Origin: Candidatus Latescibacterota bacterium
Lineage (GTDB): Bacteria > Latescibacterota > UBA2968 > UBA8231
Assembly (NCBI GenBank): GCA_965206595.1
Contig: OZ242214.1
Location: 5,376,001-5,440,000, forward strand
Length of the DNA stretch: 64,000 nucleotides
Reading direction: 5' to 3'
The notes beneath the pieces were generated by a model, which was given only the letters and a program-made list of their open reading frames with translations, was not told the DNA's origin and made no database searches. This document shows, one piece after another, positions 10,686 through 21,696 of this stretch (its first letter is position 1; each line of letters starts with the position of its first letter). The position numbers were made by a program, and so were the translations under genes.

Positions 10686-10856
10686 ATGACGGACGCCGAA
10701 CTGGTGAGGCGTTTCCGCGGCGGCGATCCCCAGGTTTTCAACGCCCTGGTGGGGCTTAGGCAGGGGCGTCTCTACAACTTCATCCTGAGCTGTATGGGAG
10801 ATCGCGAAGAGGCACGGGATCTGTGCCAGAAGCGCAACAGCAGTCTCTGGTTCTGA
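10686..10856 (+). pseudogene. Truncated ECF sigma-70 factor (N-terminal region 2 only)
   Basis: MTDAELVRRFRGGDPQVFNALV..RQGRLYNFIL..MGDREEARDLCQ is a typical RpoE N-terminus; similarity ends at about 10830 and a stop follows. Confidence 0.8.
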
Positions 10857-11331
10857 TCGCGGTATTGATTCGTACGGCCTACGAACAGCAACGCCTTGAA
10901 CTCGGTCTGGTCCTGGCCCCAATTCGACCAGGATTTCGAAGCCAGAATCCAGGAGGAATCATCGGTCTTTCCCATCACTTCGGTGCGAACGCTTTCATAA
11001 AGCAGCTGCAGGATTTCGAAGAAACCAGGAGATCGGTTTTGAAGAGAAAGCGAGGAAGCTGCAAGAGAATGGCCGGGATGCCCAGTAGGATCGGATCGCG
11101 GAATTCCTGGGGACTTACGCGGATGCAATTTACCAGTTGAAAGAAGAAGATAGAGTTGCGGTTTTGCTGCGTATCTACCTGTCGATTCGTTCGGTGTCGA
11201 GACGAGGATAAGACCCTATGAGGATTCAACGCTTGATTCTCTCGTAAAAACCCCCCTCTCACAGCCCCGATAATCAGGGATTCTTGGTATATTTGTGTAT
11301 ACCAATCCGTCACACACTTCCTCTCTAGTGG

Positions 11332-13026
11332 ATGGGGCTGATGTTTCGTAAGAAGGATTCGCAACGCACCCTGTTCGAGAGCCGCAACCTGGTGCCTGCG
11401 GCCAAGCGGCGGCGCCTGCAGGCGAGCTGGGCCGAGACCTTTCGCACGCGTGCCTTGCCGCTGATCGATGAAGCGCAGTTTGCGTCCTTGTATTGCGACG
11501 ACAACGGTCGTCCCAACCAGCCGGTGGCGACGGTCTTGGGCGTTCTTCTGCTCAAGGAGATGTTTGCGCTGACCGACGTCGAGGCGCTGGAGCAGCTGGA
11601 GTTCAGCCTGCTGTGGCAGCACGCCCTGGAGCTGACCCCGGACGAGGCCCACCTGGCGCAAAAGACGCTGCACAACTTCCGCGCTCGCTTGCTGGCCCAT
11701 GACCGCGGCCGGCAGGCCTTCGAGGCGACCACGGATCGCATTCTCCAAGCGCTGGGTACGAAGGTCACCCGGCAACGTCTGGACTCCACCCATGTGATCA
11801 GCAACATCGCGGTGTTGTCGCGTCTGGGGCTGTTGTGTGAGACCCTCCGTCACTTTCTGAAAACCCTGGCCGCGGAGCATCCGCGCCTGTACGGGCGGGT
11901 GCCGAAGCGCCTGCGCGAGCGCTACCTGAAGGAGGACGGCAGCGCCACATCCTACCAGGACGCGCCCTCCGGCACGGGCAAGAGGCGGCTGCCGGTGTGC
12001 GCGCGCGATCTGTATCGTCTCCATCAGCTGTTTGCGGGCACCGCGGCCGAGGGCCTGGAATCCTACGCGCTGCTGCAGCGCCTGCTGTCCGAGCAGTGTG
12101 AGGTGATCGCGGACAAGCAACGCCCCTCGACCGAGGACGACGACGCCGGCGAAGGCGGCGTGCCGGTGGTACTGAAGGCGCCGGAGCACGTCGGCAGCGA
12201 CTCGCTGCAAAGCCCTCATGATACGGAGGCCACCTACAACGCCCGCAAGGGCAAAGGGTATGAGGTGCAGATCGCCGAGACCTGCGTCGAGACCGACGAC
12301 GACCCAACCGACGACGACCCAACCGACACCGTGAACAGGATCACCCACGTAGCGGTGACCGCTGCCTGCGCCAGTGACGAGCACGCGACGATGCCGGTGC
12401 TGGAGGCCCTCGAAGAGCGCGGGCAACGACCCGACGAGCTGGTCGCCGACACCGCCTTCGGCTCCGGCGACAATGCCATCCACGCCGAACGCCTCGGCAC
12501 CGAGTTGGTCAGCCCGGTCAAAGGCCCCCAGGTCGACGTCGAGGTGCGGCCCGATACGGTGACCGAGGCCGACTTCCTCGTCGATGCCCGTCTCCGGGAT
12601 CCGGCCATCTGCCCGGCCGGATACTTGGCTAGAGAGCAAACGTCGTATGAGAAGAAGAAGCACCACGTGGTGCTGACCTTCGAGCGCGAGGCCTGCGAGA
12701 CCTGCGCCCTGCTTGCCGTCTGCCCGGTGAAACGGAACAGGGCCCGGGACGACTACGCCGTGACCGTGGACCTGAAGGCGGCCAACCTCGAACGCCGCCG
12801 CCGCGCCATCGCCAGCGGCGCCTTCAAGGAGCGCTATCGCATTCGCGCCGGCATCGAGGCCACGGTCTCGGAGCTCAAACGAAGACACGGACTGGGCGCC
12901 CTGCGCGTGCGCGGGCGTTGGCGCGTGGAGCTGGCCGTCTACCTGAAAGCCCTGGCCTGCAATATCAAGAGAATGCTGCGGGCGCTTGCGCCCAAACCCG
13001 GAGCCATGAGTCCGGCGATGGGCTGA
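11332..13026 (+). CDS. IS1182-family DDE transposase (likely start ATG 11341)
   Basis: LY.DDNGRP N-terminal domain, RLDSTHV, SPHD.EA, GYEVQIAET, VADTAFG, CPAG/CxxCxxxxxC, YRIRAGIEATVSELKR. Confidence 0.92.
   Translation: MGLMFRKKDSQRTLFESRNLVPAAKRRRLQASWAETFRTRALPLIDEAQFASLYCDDNGRPNQPVATVLGVLLLKEMFALTDVEALEQLEFSLLWQHALELTPDEAHLAQKTLHNFRARLLAHDRGRQAFEATTDRILQALGTKVTRQRLDSTHVISNIAVLSRLGLLCETLRHFLKTLAAEHPRLYGRVPKRLRERYLKEDGSATSYQDAPSGTGKRRLPVCARDLYRLHQLFAGTAAEGLESYALLQRLLSEQCEVIADKQRPSTEDDDAGEGGVPVVLKAPEHVGSDSLQSPHDTEATYNARKGKGYEVQIAETCVETDDDPTDDDPTDTVNRITHVAVTAACASDEHATMPVLEALEERGQRPDELVADTAFGSGDNAIHAERLGTELVSPVKGPQVDVEVRPDTVTEADFLVDARLRDPAICPAGYLAREQTSYEKKKHHVVLTFEREACETCALLAVCPVKRNRARDDYAVTVDLKAANLERRRRAIASGAFKERYRIRAGIEATVSELKRRHGLGALRVRGRWRVELAVYLKALACNIKRMLRALAPKPGAMSPAMG
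12291..12327 (+). repeat. In-frame 15-bp tandem duplication in the transposase (TDDDP x2)
   Basis: gACCGACGACGACCCA ACCGACGACGACCCA accgac. Confidence 0.8.
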
Positions 13027-13541
13027 AAAAGGGAACGGAGGCCCCTTTCGGCGCCGAAAAAGGCCCTTGAAGTCTTGGATCGGGCCCCTGCGCCGATAGC
13101 GCCCGAAGGCAGCTTCATGGCAGCGCATTCCGGATTCGTTTCATAGTTGAAAACTTTAGCTTTGGGTGCCAATTCTTACCCGCGGAAACCGGGTTTCTAC
13201 GAGGGAGTCAACGCTTGTCACGAGAAAACTGTTCGCTGGCAACGATTCGCTGGTGGTCGAAACAGTCGAAGACAATGGGGCGAGTAATATCAAAGGTTAC
13301 GGAACAAAATTTCGGTTCCTGTAAGTGCAGTTTTTCGAAGTTTCGGCGAAAAAGCGGGATATAGTCGAGTATCGCAACGGGCGTATCAACGAGGAAGTGT
13401 TTCGCAAGCGCAACGTGCTGAAGGTCCGGAAGAAGGACGTCGATTCCTTCAGCCGGGAGTAAATGGACCTGGAGGAGTTTCGTCGAAAGGCCGAAATCCA
13501 GGAATTTTAGTTTCGCCCGGATGCTCCTGCGCAAGGAACCC

Positions 13542-14591
13542 TCATCCTGCTTCCAGCGAGATTCCCAACTTCACTCCCCACTCGACGATCTGCCTCCAGG
13601 TTTCCTCTTCGACGGCAATGCCCTGGGCCCGCTCCTGCGCGACTCTCGCCTCGATTTCTCCGGGCATCAGGATCTCGTCGAAGCCTTCCACAGGAGGCGA
13701 CGATTTGACGTGGGCGACGAATTTCTCCGACTCCTCGAAAAACTCGTCGAGAGGCAGGAACTGCTCGACGTCGATGACGATGAGGAGCACGCCGTTTCTC
13801 AGCCTATTGTCCTTCCCGACGTACCCCGAACCGGTGAGCACACCGGCTATCAGCTCGAGTGCGACGTTGAGGGCATACCCCTTGTGACCCGCGGCGGCGC
13901 CCCCGAGCGGGAGGATGCTGCCGGGGGGGTCGGCGTAGAGGTCGTTGGGATCGTTCGTCGGTTCCCCCCTGGAGTTGAGCAGCCATCCATCCGGCGTCTC
14001 CACTCCGCGGTTGCGGGCCACCCTCACCTTGCCTTCCGCGACCACGGTGGTGGTCATGTCGATTACGATCGGCGCCGAGGAGTTTGGAATCCCGAAAGCG
14101 AGGGGGTCGGTCAGGAGCCTCGGCTCGGTGCCGCCCCATGGGGCCATTCTGAACTGCGGCACTCCCACGGCGTTTACGAACATCATCCCGACCATCCCTC
14201 GTCTGGCAATCTGTTCGACGTAGCTGCCGAGGCGGCCGATGTGATTCGCCTGGCGGACGGCGACCGCGGCCATTCCCGTCTGCCGGGCTTTGTCCAGACC
14301 GAGTTCGGTGGCACGGCTCATCGTGACCTGTCCGAATCCCCAGTTTCCCTCGACAACCGCCATTATCGGGGTATGGCGGACAACCTCCACTTCAGCATCC
14401 GGGAGGATCTCCTTCTTTTCCACCGCGGCGAGATACTGCGGCAGGCGGATGACGCCATGCGAGTCATGGCCGGCGCCGTTTGCTTCGACGAGCAGCCCGG
14501 CAACCAGCCCGGCCTTGTCCGCCGGTGTTCCCGCGGCAACCAGGACGGCCGTCGCGTGTTCGACCAATTCGTTCGGTGTGAAGGTTGGCAT
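13542..14591 (-). CDS. Ldh_2-family (malate/lactate/ureidoglycolate-type) oxidoreductase
   Basis: GHDSHGV.RLPQY, GFGQV, NHIGRLG, DP.AFG.P, DM.TT.VAEGK, GHKGYAL, PGE.E. Confidence 0.9.
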   Translation of the reverse strand: MPTFTPNELVEHATAVLVAAGTPADKAGLVAGLLVEANGAGHDSHGVIRLPQYLAAVEKKEILPDAEVEVVRHTPIMAVVEGNWGFGQVTMSRATELGLDKARQTGMAAVAVRQANHIGRLGSYVEQIARRGMVGMMFVNAVGVPQFRMAPWGGTEPRLLTDPLAFGIPNSSAPIVIDMTTTVVAEGKVRVARNRGVETPDGWLLNSRGEPTNDPNDLYADPPGSILPLGGAAAGHKGYALNVALELIAGVLTGSGYVGKDNRLRNGVLLIVIDVEQFLPLDEFFEESEKFVAHVKSSPPVEGFDEILMPGEIEARVAQERAQGIAVEEETWRQIVEWGVKLGISLEAG

Positions 14592-14739
14592 ATGTAAGGC
14601 ATTCCCACGCCAGATCCGGCCCGGAAACTGCTTGCGGCCGAACCGGAAAGGAGCGTTTCAGGCTGTTGAGAGGGTAGCGGAAACCGCGGGCTGGGGACGC
14701 TGAGCGCGCCGGTCGCCCCGCGGCAACCGATGGAAGCAG

Positions 14740-14781
14740 AAAGAGAAAGGCGCAACTCCTGTTTGAACGAGGAGTCGCGCC
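14740..14781 (-). terminator. Rho-independent terminator after tRNA-Ala
   Basis: Minus strand GGCGCGACTCCT-N9-AGGAGTTGCGCC followed by TTTCTCTTT. Confidence 0.75.
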
Positions 14782-14790
14782 CTCGATTCC

Positions 14791-14866
14791 TGGTGGAGCT
14801 GAGGGGAATCGAACCCCTGACCTCCTGAATGCCATTCAGGCGCTCTCCCAACTGAGCTACAGCCCC
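14791..14866 (-). tRNA. tRNA-Ala(GGC)
   Basis: GGGGCTGTAGCTCAGTTGGGAGAGCGCCTGAATGGCATTCAGGAGGTCAGGGGTTCGATTCCCCTCAGCTCCACCA; 76 nt, G3-U70 pair, encoded CCA. Confidence 0.98.
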
Positions 14867-14877
14867 GGATGCAAGAA

Positions 14878-14906
14878 AAACTAGCGGTCCCTCCCCGGCC
14901 CGTCAA
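14878..14906 (-). promoter_or_regulatory. Sigma70-type promoter for tRNA-Ala
   Basis: TTGACG-N17-TAGTTT, 11 nt upstream of the tRNA. Confidence 0.7.
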
Positions 14907-14923
14907 TTTGCCCCGGAGGGCGC

Positions 14924-15508
14924 CTACTCGTTCACCACGACGCCGAGACGGAGATCCTCATTGTGATACTCCTCTCGGTCACTGGAGCTGGGGCCAAGCG
15001 ACAGGAGGGTCACTTCGATCCGCGCCTTCGTCTGGGAGGTGAAACCGTCGCTCGTTCGCACGGTGAAGGTTCCGAACTGCTGGTACCCCTCTATCGTCTT
15101 GCTGACGCTGGCTCCGCCGATGCGAAGCCGTCCGCCGTCGAGCGGTTCAACGCCGTTGCCGAAGGTAATGAACGGGTCCTTGGGTGCGAACACGGCGCTG
15201 TCGAGATCGAAAGAGCTTGCCGGAACAGGATCGAGAATCAGCTCGACTTGGCGGATGTTCTTCAAATCCCGGCCACTGAAAAGCAGCGCGATTTCCCGGC
15301 CGCCGCTCGTCGCTTTCCAGTTATCCCCTTCGATGAGGACCTCGCCGGCATAGGCGCCGTTGAGGGTGACGCTCTGGCGCAGTCCGGAGACGGCCTCGGT
15401 GCCGGCTACGGGTTGCGGTGGATTCGAAATGCCGTCAGGTTCGGTTCCCCCACAATGCAGGAACCAAGCGAACGGCAAAATGGCTGTTAACGAGCGACGA
15501 CGGCGCAC
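14924..15508 (-). CDS. Hypothetical exported protein or lipoprotein, beta-rich
   Basis: GTG start with basic N-region, hydrophobic stretch and Cys (RRRRSLTAILPFAWFLHC); start uncertain (ORF open to 15619). Confidence 0.6.
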   Translation of the reverse strand: MRRRRSLTAILPFAWFLHCGGTEPDGISNPPQPVAGTEAVSGLRQSVTLNGAYAGEVLIEGDNWKATSGGREIALLFSGRDLKNIRQVELILDPVPASSFDLDSAVFAPKDPFITFGNGVEPLDGGRLRIGGASVSKTIEGYQQFGTFTVRTSDGFTSQTKARIEVTLLSLGPSSSDREEYHNEDLRLGVVVNE

Positions 15509-15834
15509 TGTGGTTTCTCCCAGGGAAAACCAGGTCACTCTGTTCCGAATTTCAAGACCTCGGCCTGACGGGCAGGCAGAATCCCCAGACGGCTGTTTCG
15601 GCCGTGGCACCGGAAACAACCGGTCCGCCCGTTCGGCACGATGTCGTAAAAGGGCGGATGCCGGACCCGCGAGAGATGGCCACCTCGAGCCCGCGACCCG
15701 TCGCAGGTGGGCGGTTCCGAATCGCAGAGCCGCGGATGGGCAGAATATGGTTCAGGGCTCCGGTTATTCCTACCGCCCGTATCGGGGCGGTTGGCGCTGA
15801 GGGTGGCGCGGTGGATGGCCGGAGCGCGCTGGGG

Positions 15835-16425
15835 TCACTGGAATTTCCAGATCAGCGAAAGATCCGCTGGGAGATCGGAACTGCCGGCAAAAGACAGTCC
15901 AAAGTCGGCGAGATGGGCATCGACGTAGGCATCCAGGGCGGAAAAGGTCGCCGTGGCGATGAACAGGAGCAGGCGGGTGTTGCGGCGGCCGGCCGCGGCC
16001 TGGCGTTCCGAGGCCTCGGCGCGGTCGAGGTTGCGTGTCTCTGAAATGCTGGCCCCTGCAAAGCCGGCCGCGGCTGCGGAGAACAGAACCGCCTTGAAGT
16101 ATCCGCCGTTGTGCAACTGACCCCACCCGGGAATCAGGGCGGATCGCCACAAGGCCCCCTTCGGGGTGAGTCGGGCTTTCGCCCTCGAAAGTTCCCGGTT
16201 CGCGGAGTTCGCGGCGGCGGCTGCTGCCGTATCCGAATCAGCTCGTTTCAGTAGCTCCGCGGCACCGGATTCACCGCCAGGGGCTGCAACGGCGTCGGAG
16301 GTGGCGGTCGCACCCGCCGTCAGCAAAGAGGCCAGGACGAGAAGACTGCAGGCCGCCATCGGTGGCAGGGCATGGGCGCGGCTGGGTTCCCCGGTATCCG
16401 AAGCCTGTGAGCTGGCCGAGGTCAC
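15835..16425 (-). CDS. DUF5683-like membrane protein
   Basis: P..AL.RSALIPGWGQ..N..Y.KA and ALDAYVDAHL motifs; overlaps the fmt stop. Confidence 0.7.
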   Translation of the reverse strand: MTSASSQASDTGEPSRAHALPPMAACSLLVLASLLTAGATATSDAVAAPGGESGAAELLKRADSDTAAAAAANSANRELSRAKARLTPKGALWRSALIPGWGQLHNGGYFKAVLFSAAAAGFAGASISETRNLDRAEASERQAAAGRRNTRLLLFIATATFSALDAYVDAHLADFGLSFAGSSDLPADLSLIWKFQ

Positions 16426-17357
16426 GCGCCGAAACGGTCCCCCGGCAGCACTTGGTAACCCCGCACGAAGGCCTCCCCGGCCATGCGGTTGCGCCCGGAT
16501 GGTTGCACTTCGGCGGCGACGAGGGCCCCGTCCCCGGTGGCGATCACCAGGCCGGATTCACTGTCGGCGGCAAGGACCGTGCCGGCGTCCGCGCGCAGGG
16601 TTTCCCCGCAGGCGTGGGCGCGGTGAATCATCAGTATCCGATCCCGTCCCCATGTCGTGAACGCTCCGGGAACGGGGTTGGTACCGCGGATGCGGTTGCG
16701 CAGCGACTCGGTCGGCTGAGACCAGACCAGCCTGCCGTCTTCCCTGGACAGCTTGGGGGCCTTGCTGGCGCCTGAGGCCGGTTGCGCCCTGGGGTGCAGC
16801 TCCCCTCGCTCCAGGCCTCCGACCGTTGCGGCCACGAGCTGTCCGCCGAGCGCGGCGAGGCGCTGCTCCAGTTCTCCGGCGGTTTCCTCTCTCCTCACGG
16901 CGACCCGCTGCTGCAGCAGAATGTCGCCGGCGTCGACCCGGGAGTTGAGGAGGATGGTCGTCGCCCCGGTTTCGCGCTCGCCGTTGAACAGGGTCCAAGG
17001 AATGGGGGCGGCGCCGCGATAAGCGGGCAACAGCGAAGGGTGAAGGTTGACCGCTCCCATCGGCGGGACGGCGAGCAGCTCATCCGGAAGGATCGAGAAA
17101 GCGACGACGACGAACATATCGCAGCCCAAGGCGGACAGGGTTTCGGGCAGTCCTGGTTCGGCAACCGATCCGGGCTGCAGACAGGGCAACCCGAGTTCAG
17201 CGGCCGCTGCTTTTACGGCTGGGGGGGCGGTCCTGCGACCGCGGCCCCGGGGACGGTCTGGGTTGGTGACGACCGCGACCACATCGTGCCGGCTCGCCGC
17301 CAAGACGCGAAGCGACGGAACGGCGAATTCCGGCGTTCCCATGAACAGGATTTTCAT
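16422..17357 (-). CDS. fmt: Methionyl-tRNA formyltransferase
   Basis: MGTPEFA, VVTNPDRP.GRG, NLHPSLLPAYRGAAPI, DAGDIL. Confidence 0.97.
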   Translation of the reverse strand: MKILFMGTPEFAVPSLRVLAASRHDVVAVVTNPDRPRGRGRRTAPPAVKAAAAELGLPCLQPGSVAEPGLPETLSALGCDMFVVVAFSILPDELLAVPPMGAVNLHPSLLPAYRGAAPIPWTLFNGERETGATTILLNSRVDAGDILLQQRVAVRREETAGELEQRLAALGGQLVAATVGGLERGELHPRAQPASGASKAPKLSREDGRLVWSQPTESLRNRIRGTNPVPGAFTTWGRDRILMIHRAHACGETLRADAGTVLAADSESGLVIATGDGALVAAEVQPSGRNRMAGEAFVRGYQVLPGDRFGA

Positions 17358-17411
17358 GGTGCATCGGGGATGACAAATGCGGGGAAGGCGCCGTCGGCGC
17401 CCGCGGGAAGG

Positions 17412-17747
17412 CTACTTTTCGTCGCCGTTCTTGACGCGCTGCACGGCCGCTCGCGAGAGGTCGACCTTGACGTTCTCGGCGATTTTGACGACGAGGACGT
17501 CGTCCTTGATGTTGAGGATCACTCCATGGATACCGCCGTTCGTAACGATGCGGTCTCCCTTTTCCAACTCGTCGATCATGCGCTGCTGCGCCTTTTGCTT
17601 CTTGATTTGCGGGCGCAGAATGAGCAGGTAGAGGACGAGGAACATCAGGACGAAGGGCAGCAGCTGCACCAGCGGCGCGCCGCCCCCGGCGCCCTCGGCT
17701 CCGCTGCCCCCCATGGCATGGGCGGCGTCTGGGAAGAAAACCAGCAA
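17412..17747 (-). CDS. yajC: Preprotein translocase subunit YajC
   Basis: Y.LILRPQ.KKQK, L.KGD.IVT.GGIHG; downstream of tgt. Confidence 0.95.
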   Translation of the reverse strand: MLVFFPDAAHAMGGSGAEGAGGGAPLVQLLPFVLMFLVLYLLILRPQIKKQKAQQRMIDELEKGDRIVTNGGIHGVILNIKDDVLVVKIAENVKVDLSRAAVQRVKNGDEK

Positions 17748-17802
17748 GACAACCTCTCTTTCGGGTCGTTCCGTTGCGAAGGACTCGCAAAGATAACGCC
17801 TG

Positions 17803-20150
<2,348 letters not shown>

Positions 20151-20224
20151 GTGAGGTACACTTCACCCCGTTCCGGGAGAAGCGGCGTAAAGTTGGGGGA
20201 TGGGGGATGACGAGCCGGGCGTGC

Positions 20225-20932
20225 TCAGCCAGCGGTTTTGAGCGCGGACCAGGAGACCGAAGGGAACAGCGTGGGCCCGGCCTTGGGGGATTCCTCTTCG
20301 GGTTCATCGCCTCCGCAGTCGTCGCCGACAAGGGGATCGTCGATCCAGCGCACGATGCGCCAGATTCCGTCGTCACCCTGCCGCAGCTTGAAGGTCATGG
20401 TCTGCTTGACGGCGAAGCCGTCGTCGTCGGTTTTCAGCAGCAGGATTTCGACCCGGCCCCGGAAGACCTCCCAGTCCTCTTCCGGATGGCCGTCGGGATC
20501 CCCCTCGAAGGCCATCGGATGGTCCCGCCCGAGTTCGGTCTTGCGCTCGATCAGCTGAAATTTCCAATCCACTTTCCGGAACAAGCCGAAAATGCCGTGG
20601 CTGCTGCCGTCGCGGGTGCCCATGATCTCCAGCTCTTCTTCGCGGCCGTTCTCCAAGACCAGGTTGCCGAGACAATCCTCCTCCGTGAACAAGTAGCGTA
20701 CGTCGAGGAGGGTCTCGTACAAATCCTTGTCGCGCTCGTTGAACGCCCGCTCGAGGTTGTCCATCACGATCTGCGGCTCGGTCGCCTTCTCGGCGGGAGG
20801 GAGTATGGCTCTGTCGCCAGGATCCACTTCGATTTTTTTAGGAGCGAATGGGTTGCCGCAGGCCGTCAGGAGAACGCTGGCCGCCACTGCCGCTGCGGCA
20901 ACGGCGGGGTTTCTTAGAGTCGATGCAATCAC
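20225..20932 (-). CDS. Hypothetical lipoprotein (possibly NTF2-like fold)
   Basis: GTG overlaps upstream TGA; lipobox LLTAC-GNPFAP; PQIVMDNLERAFN; C-terminal WRIVRWID. Confidence 0.7.
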   Translation of the reverse strand: MIASTLRNPAVAAAAVAASVLLTACGNPFAPKKIEVDPGDRAILPPAEKATEPQIVMDNLERAFNERDKDLYETLLDVRYLFTEEDCLGNLVLENGREEELEIMGTRDGSSHGIFGLFRKVDWKFQLIERKTELGRDHPMAFEGDPDGHPEEDWEVFRGRVEILLLKTDDDGFAVKQTMTFKLRQGDDGIWRIVRWIDDPLVGDDCGGDEPEEESPKAGPTLFPSVSWSALKTAG

Positions 20933-21696
20933 TGTGAAAACTCGCCTCTCAATTCGGTCCACGACTTCTTGGCCGACGCCTGATCGCGGAAATCCCGCCA
21001 TCTCGTGATGGTCCACACCGGGTTTTCCTGGCTCGGCGTGGCTATATCGATCTCCATCTGGCCCTTGACGGGGAAAATGGTCGCGCCGATCCCTTCGCGC
21101 GGCTGCTCTGTGAACTCGATCTCGTAGTTGAAAATATAACGCTCGACCAGGGGATTGTCCCCGAGGATCCGCTGGTCCCTGGTCGAATCGTACCAGCGCT
21201 GGAAGCTGATTCTCTGGAAGCGCTCCTTGTCGAGCACCAAGTTGGCAAAACGGCGCTCCTGGGACCCCGTCCACAGCGTGTCGAGGTCGGCCTCGGGGTT
21301 GTAGTCCTCCGGGGGCTGGAACACCTCGAGAAACAGCTGCAGGTCATCGGCGTCCGGGACGAACAGGAACCTCTCCTCCAGCTGGTCGAGGTACTGAACC
21401 GGACTGAATCCGCGAAAGCTGTCGCGGATATTGAACAAGACGGCTTCAGGGGTTGTGGGTTCCCGGAGAACGAGCTGGATGCCGCTGGGGCAGTCGGGAG
21501 TGCGGCCCACGAAGGGGCTCGACGGGTCGGTGCGCTCGGCTGGGGGATCCGCATCGGCGCACTGCGGAAAGCTCCTGAGGTCCGTTGACTCCGTGCAGCG
21601 GCACTCGACCTCGCCGCCTTCCTCCAGGCCGCAACCGGACAGGACCCAGAGCACTGCCGGAACGGCGGCTTGACGAACGGAAACTCGCCTAAACAC
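20929..21696 (-). CDS. Hypothetical lipoprotein, apparent paralog of the downstream gene
   Basis: Lipobox VLSGC; PTTPEAVLFNIRDSF; WTITRWRD near the C-terminus. Confidence 0.7.
   Translation of the reverse strand: MFRRVSVRQAAVPAVLWVLSGCGLEEGGEVECRCTESTDLRSFPQCADADPPAERTDPSSPFVGRTPDCPSGIQLVLREPTTPEAVLFNIRDSFRGFSPVQYLDQLEERFLFVPDADDLQLFLEVFQPPEDYNPEADLDTLWTGSQERRFANLVLDKERFQRISFQRWYDSTRDQRILGDNPLVERYIFNYEIEFTEQPREGIGATIFPVKGQMEIDIATPSQENPVWTITRWRDFRDQASAKKSWTELRGEFSQ

Larger units (their letters stand above)
11235..13209 (+). mobile_element. Complete insertion sequence, IS1182-like (1975 bp)
   Basis: IRL GATTCTCTCGTAAAAACCC (11235-11253) and IRR revcomp GACTCCCTCGTAGAAACCC (13191-13209) match at 16/19; direct repeat AACGCTT at 11228-11234 and 13210-13216. 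Confidence 0.9.
11038..13510 (+). pseudogene. Degraded hypothetical gene split by the IS element
   Basis: Protein-like pieces RIAEFLGTYADAIYQLKEEDRVAVLL and LKVRKKDVDSFSRE*MDLEEFRRKAEIQEF*; one frame reads through the reconstructed empty IS site (YEDSTL|VTRKLF); stops at 11086, 13322 and 13460. Confidence 0.55.

Noticed and set aside
10975-13128. 717-aa minus-strand ORF, and other long antisense ORFs such as 31496-33331, 7153-8754, 44304-46016 and 54620-56197
   Set aside because: Shadow frames of well-supported genes, expected in high-GC DNA with biased codon use; no recognisable motifs.
13208-13534. 108-aa minus-strand ORF as the gene interrupted by the IS
   Set aside because: It stops at the same codon with the IS removed; the plus-strand frame is the more protein-like remnant.
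14791-14866. tRNA-anchored genomic island
   Set aside because: No integrase nearby and no duplicated tRNA 3' end noticed; the tRNA has its own promoter and terminator.
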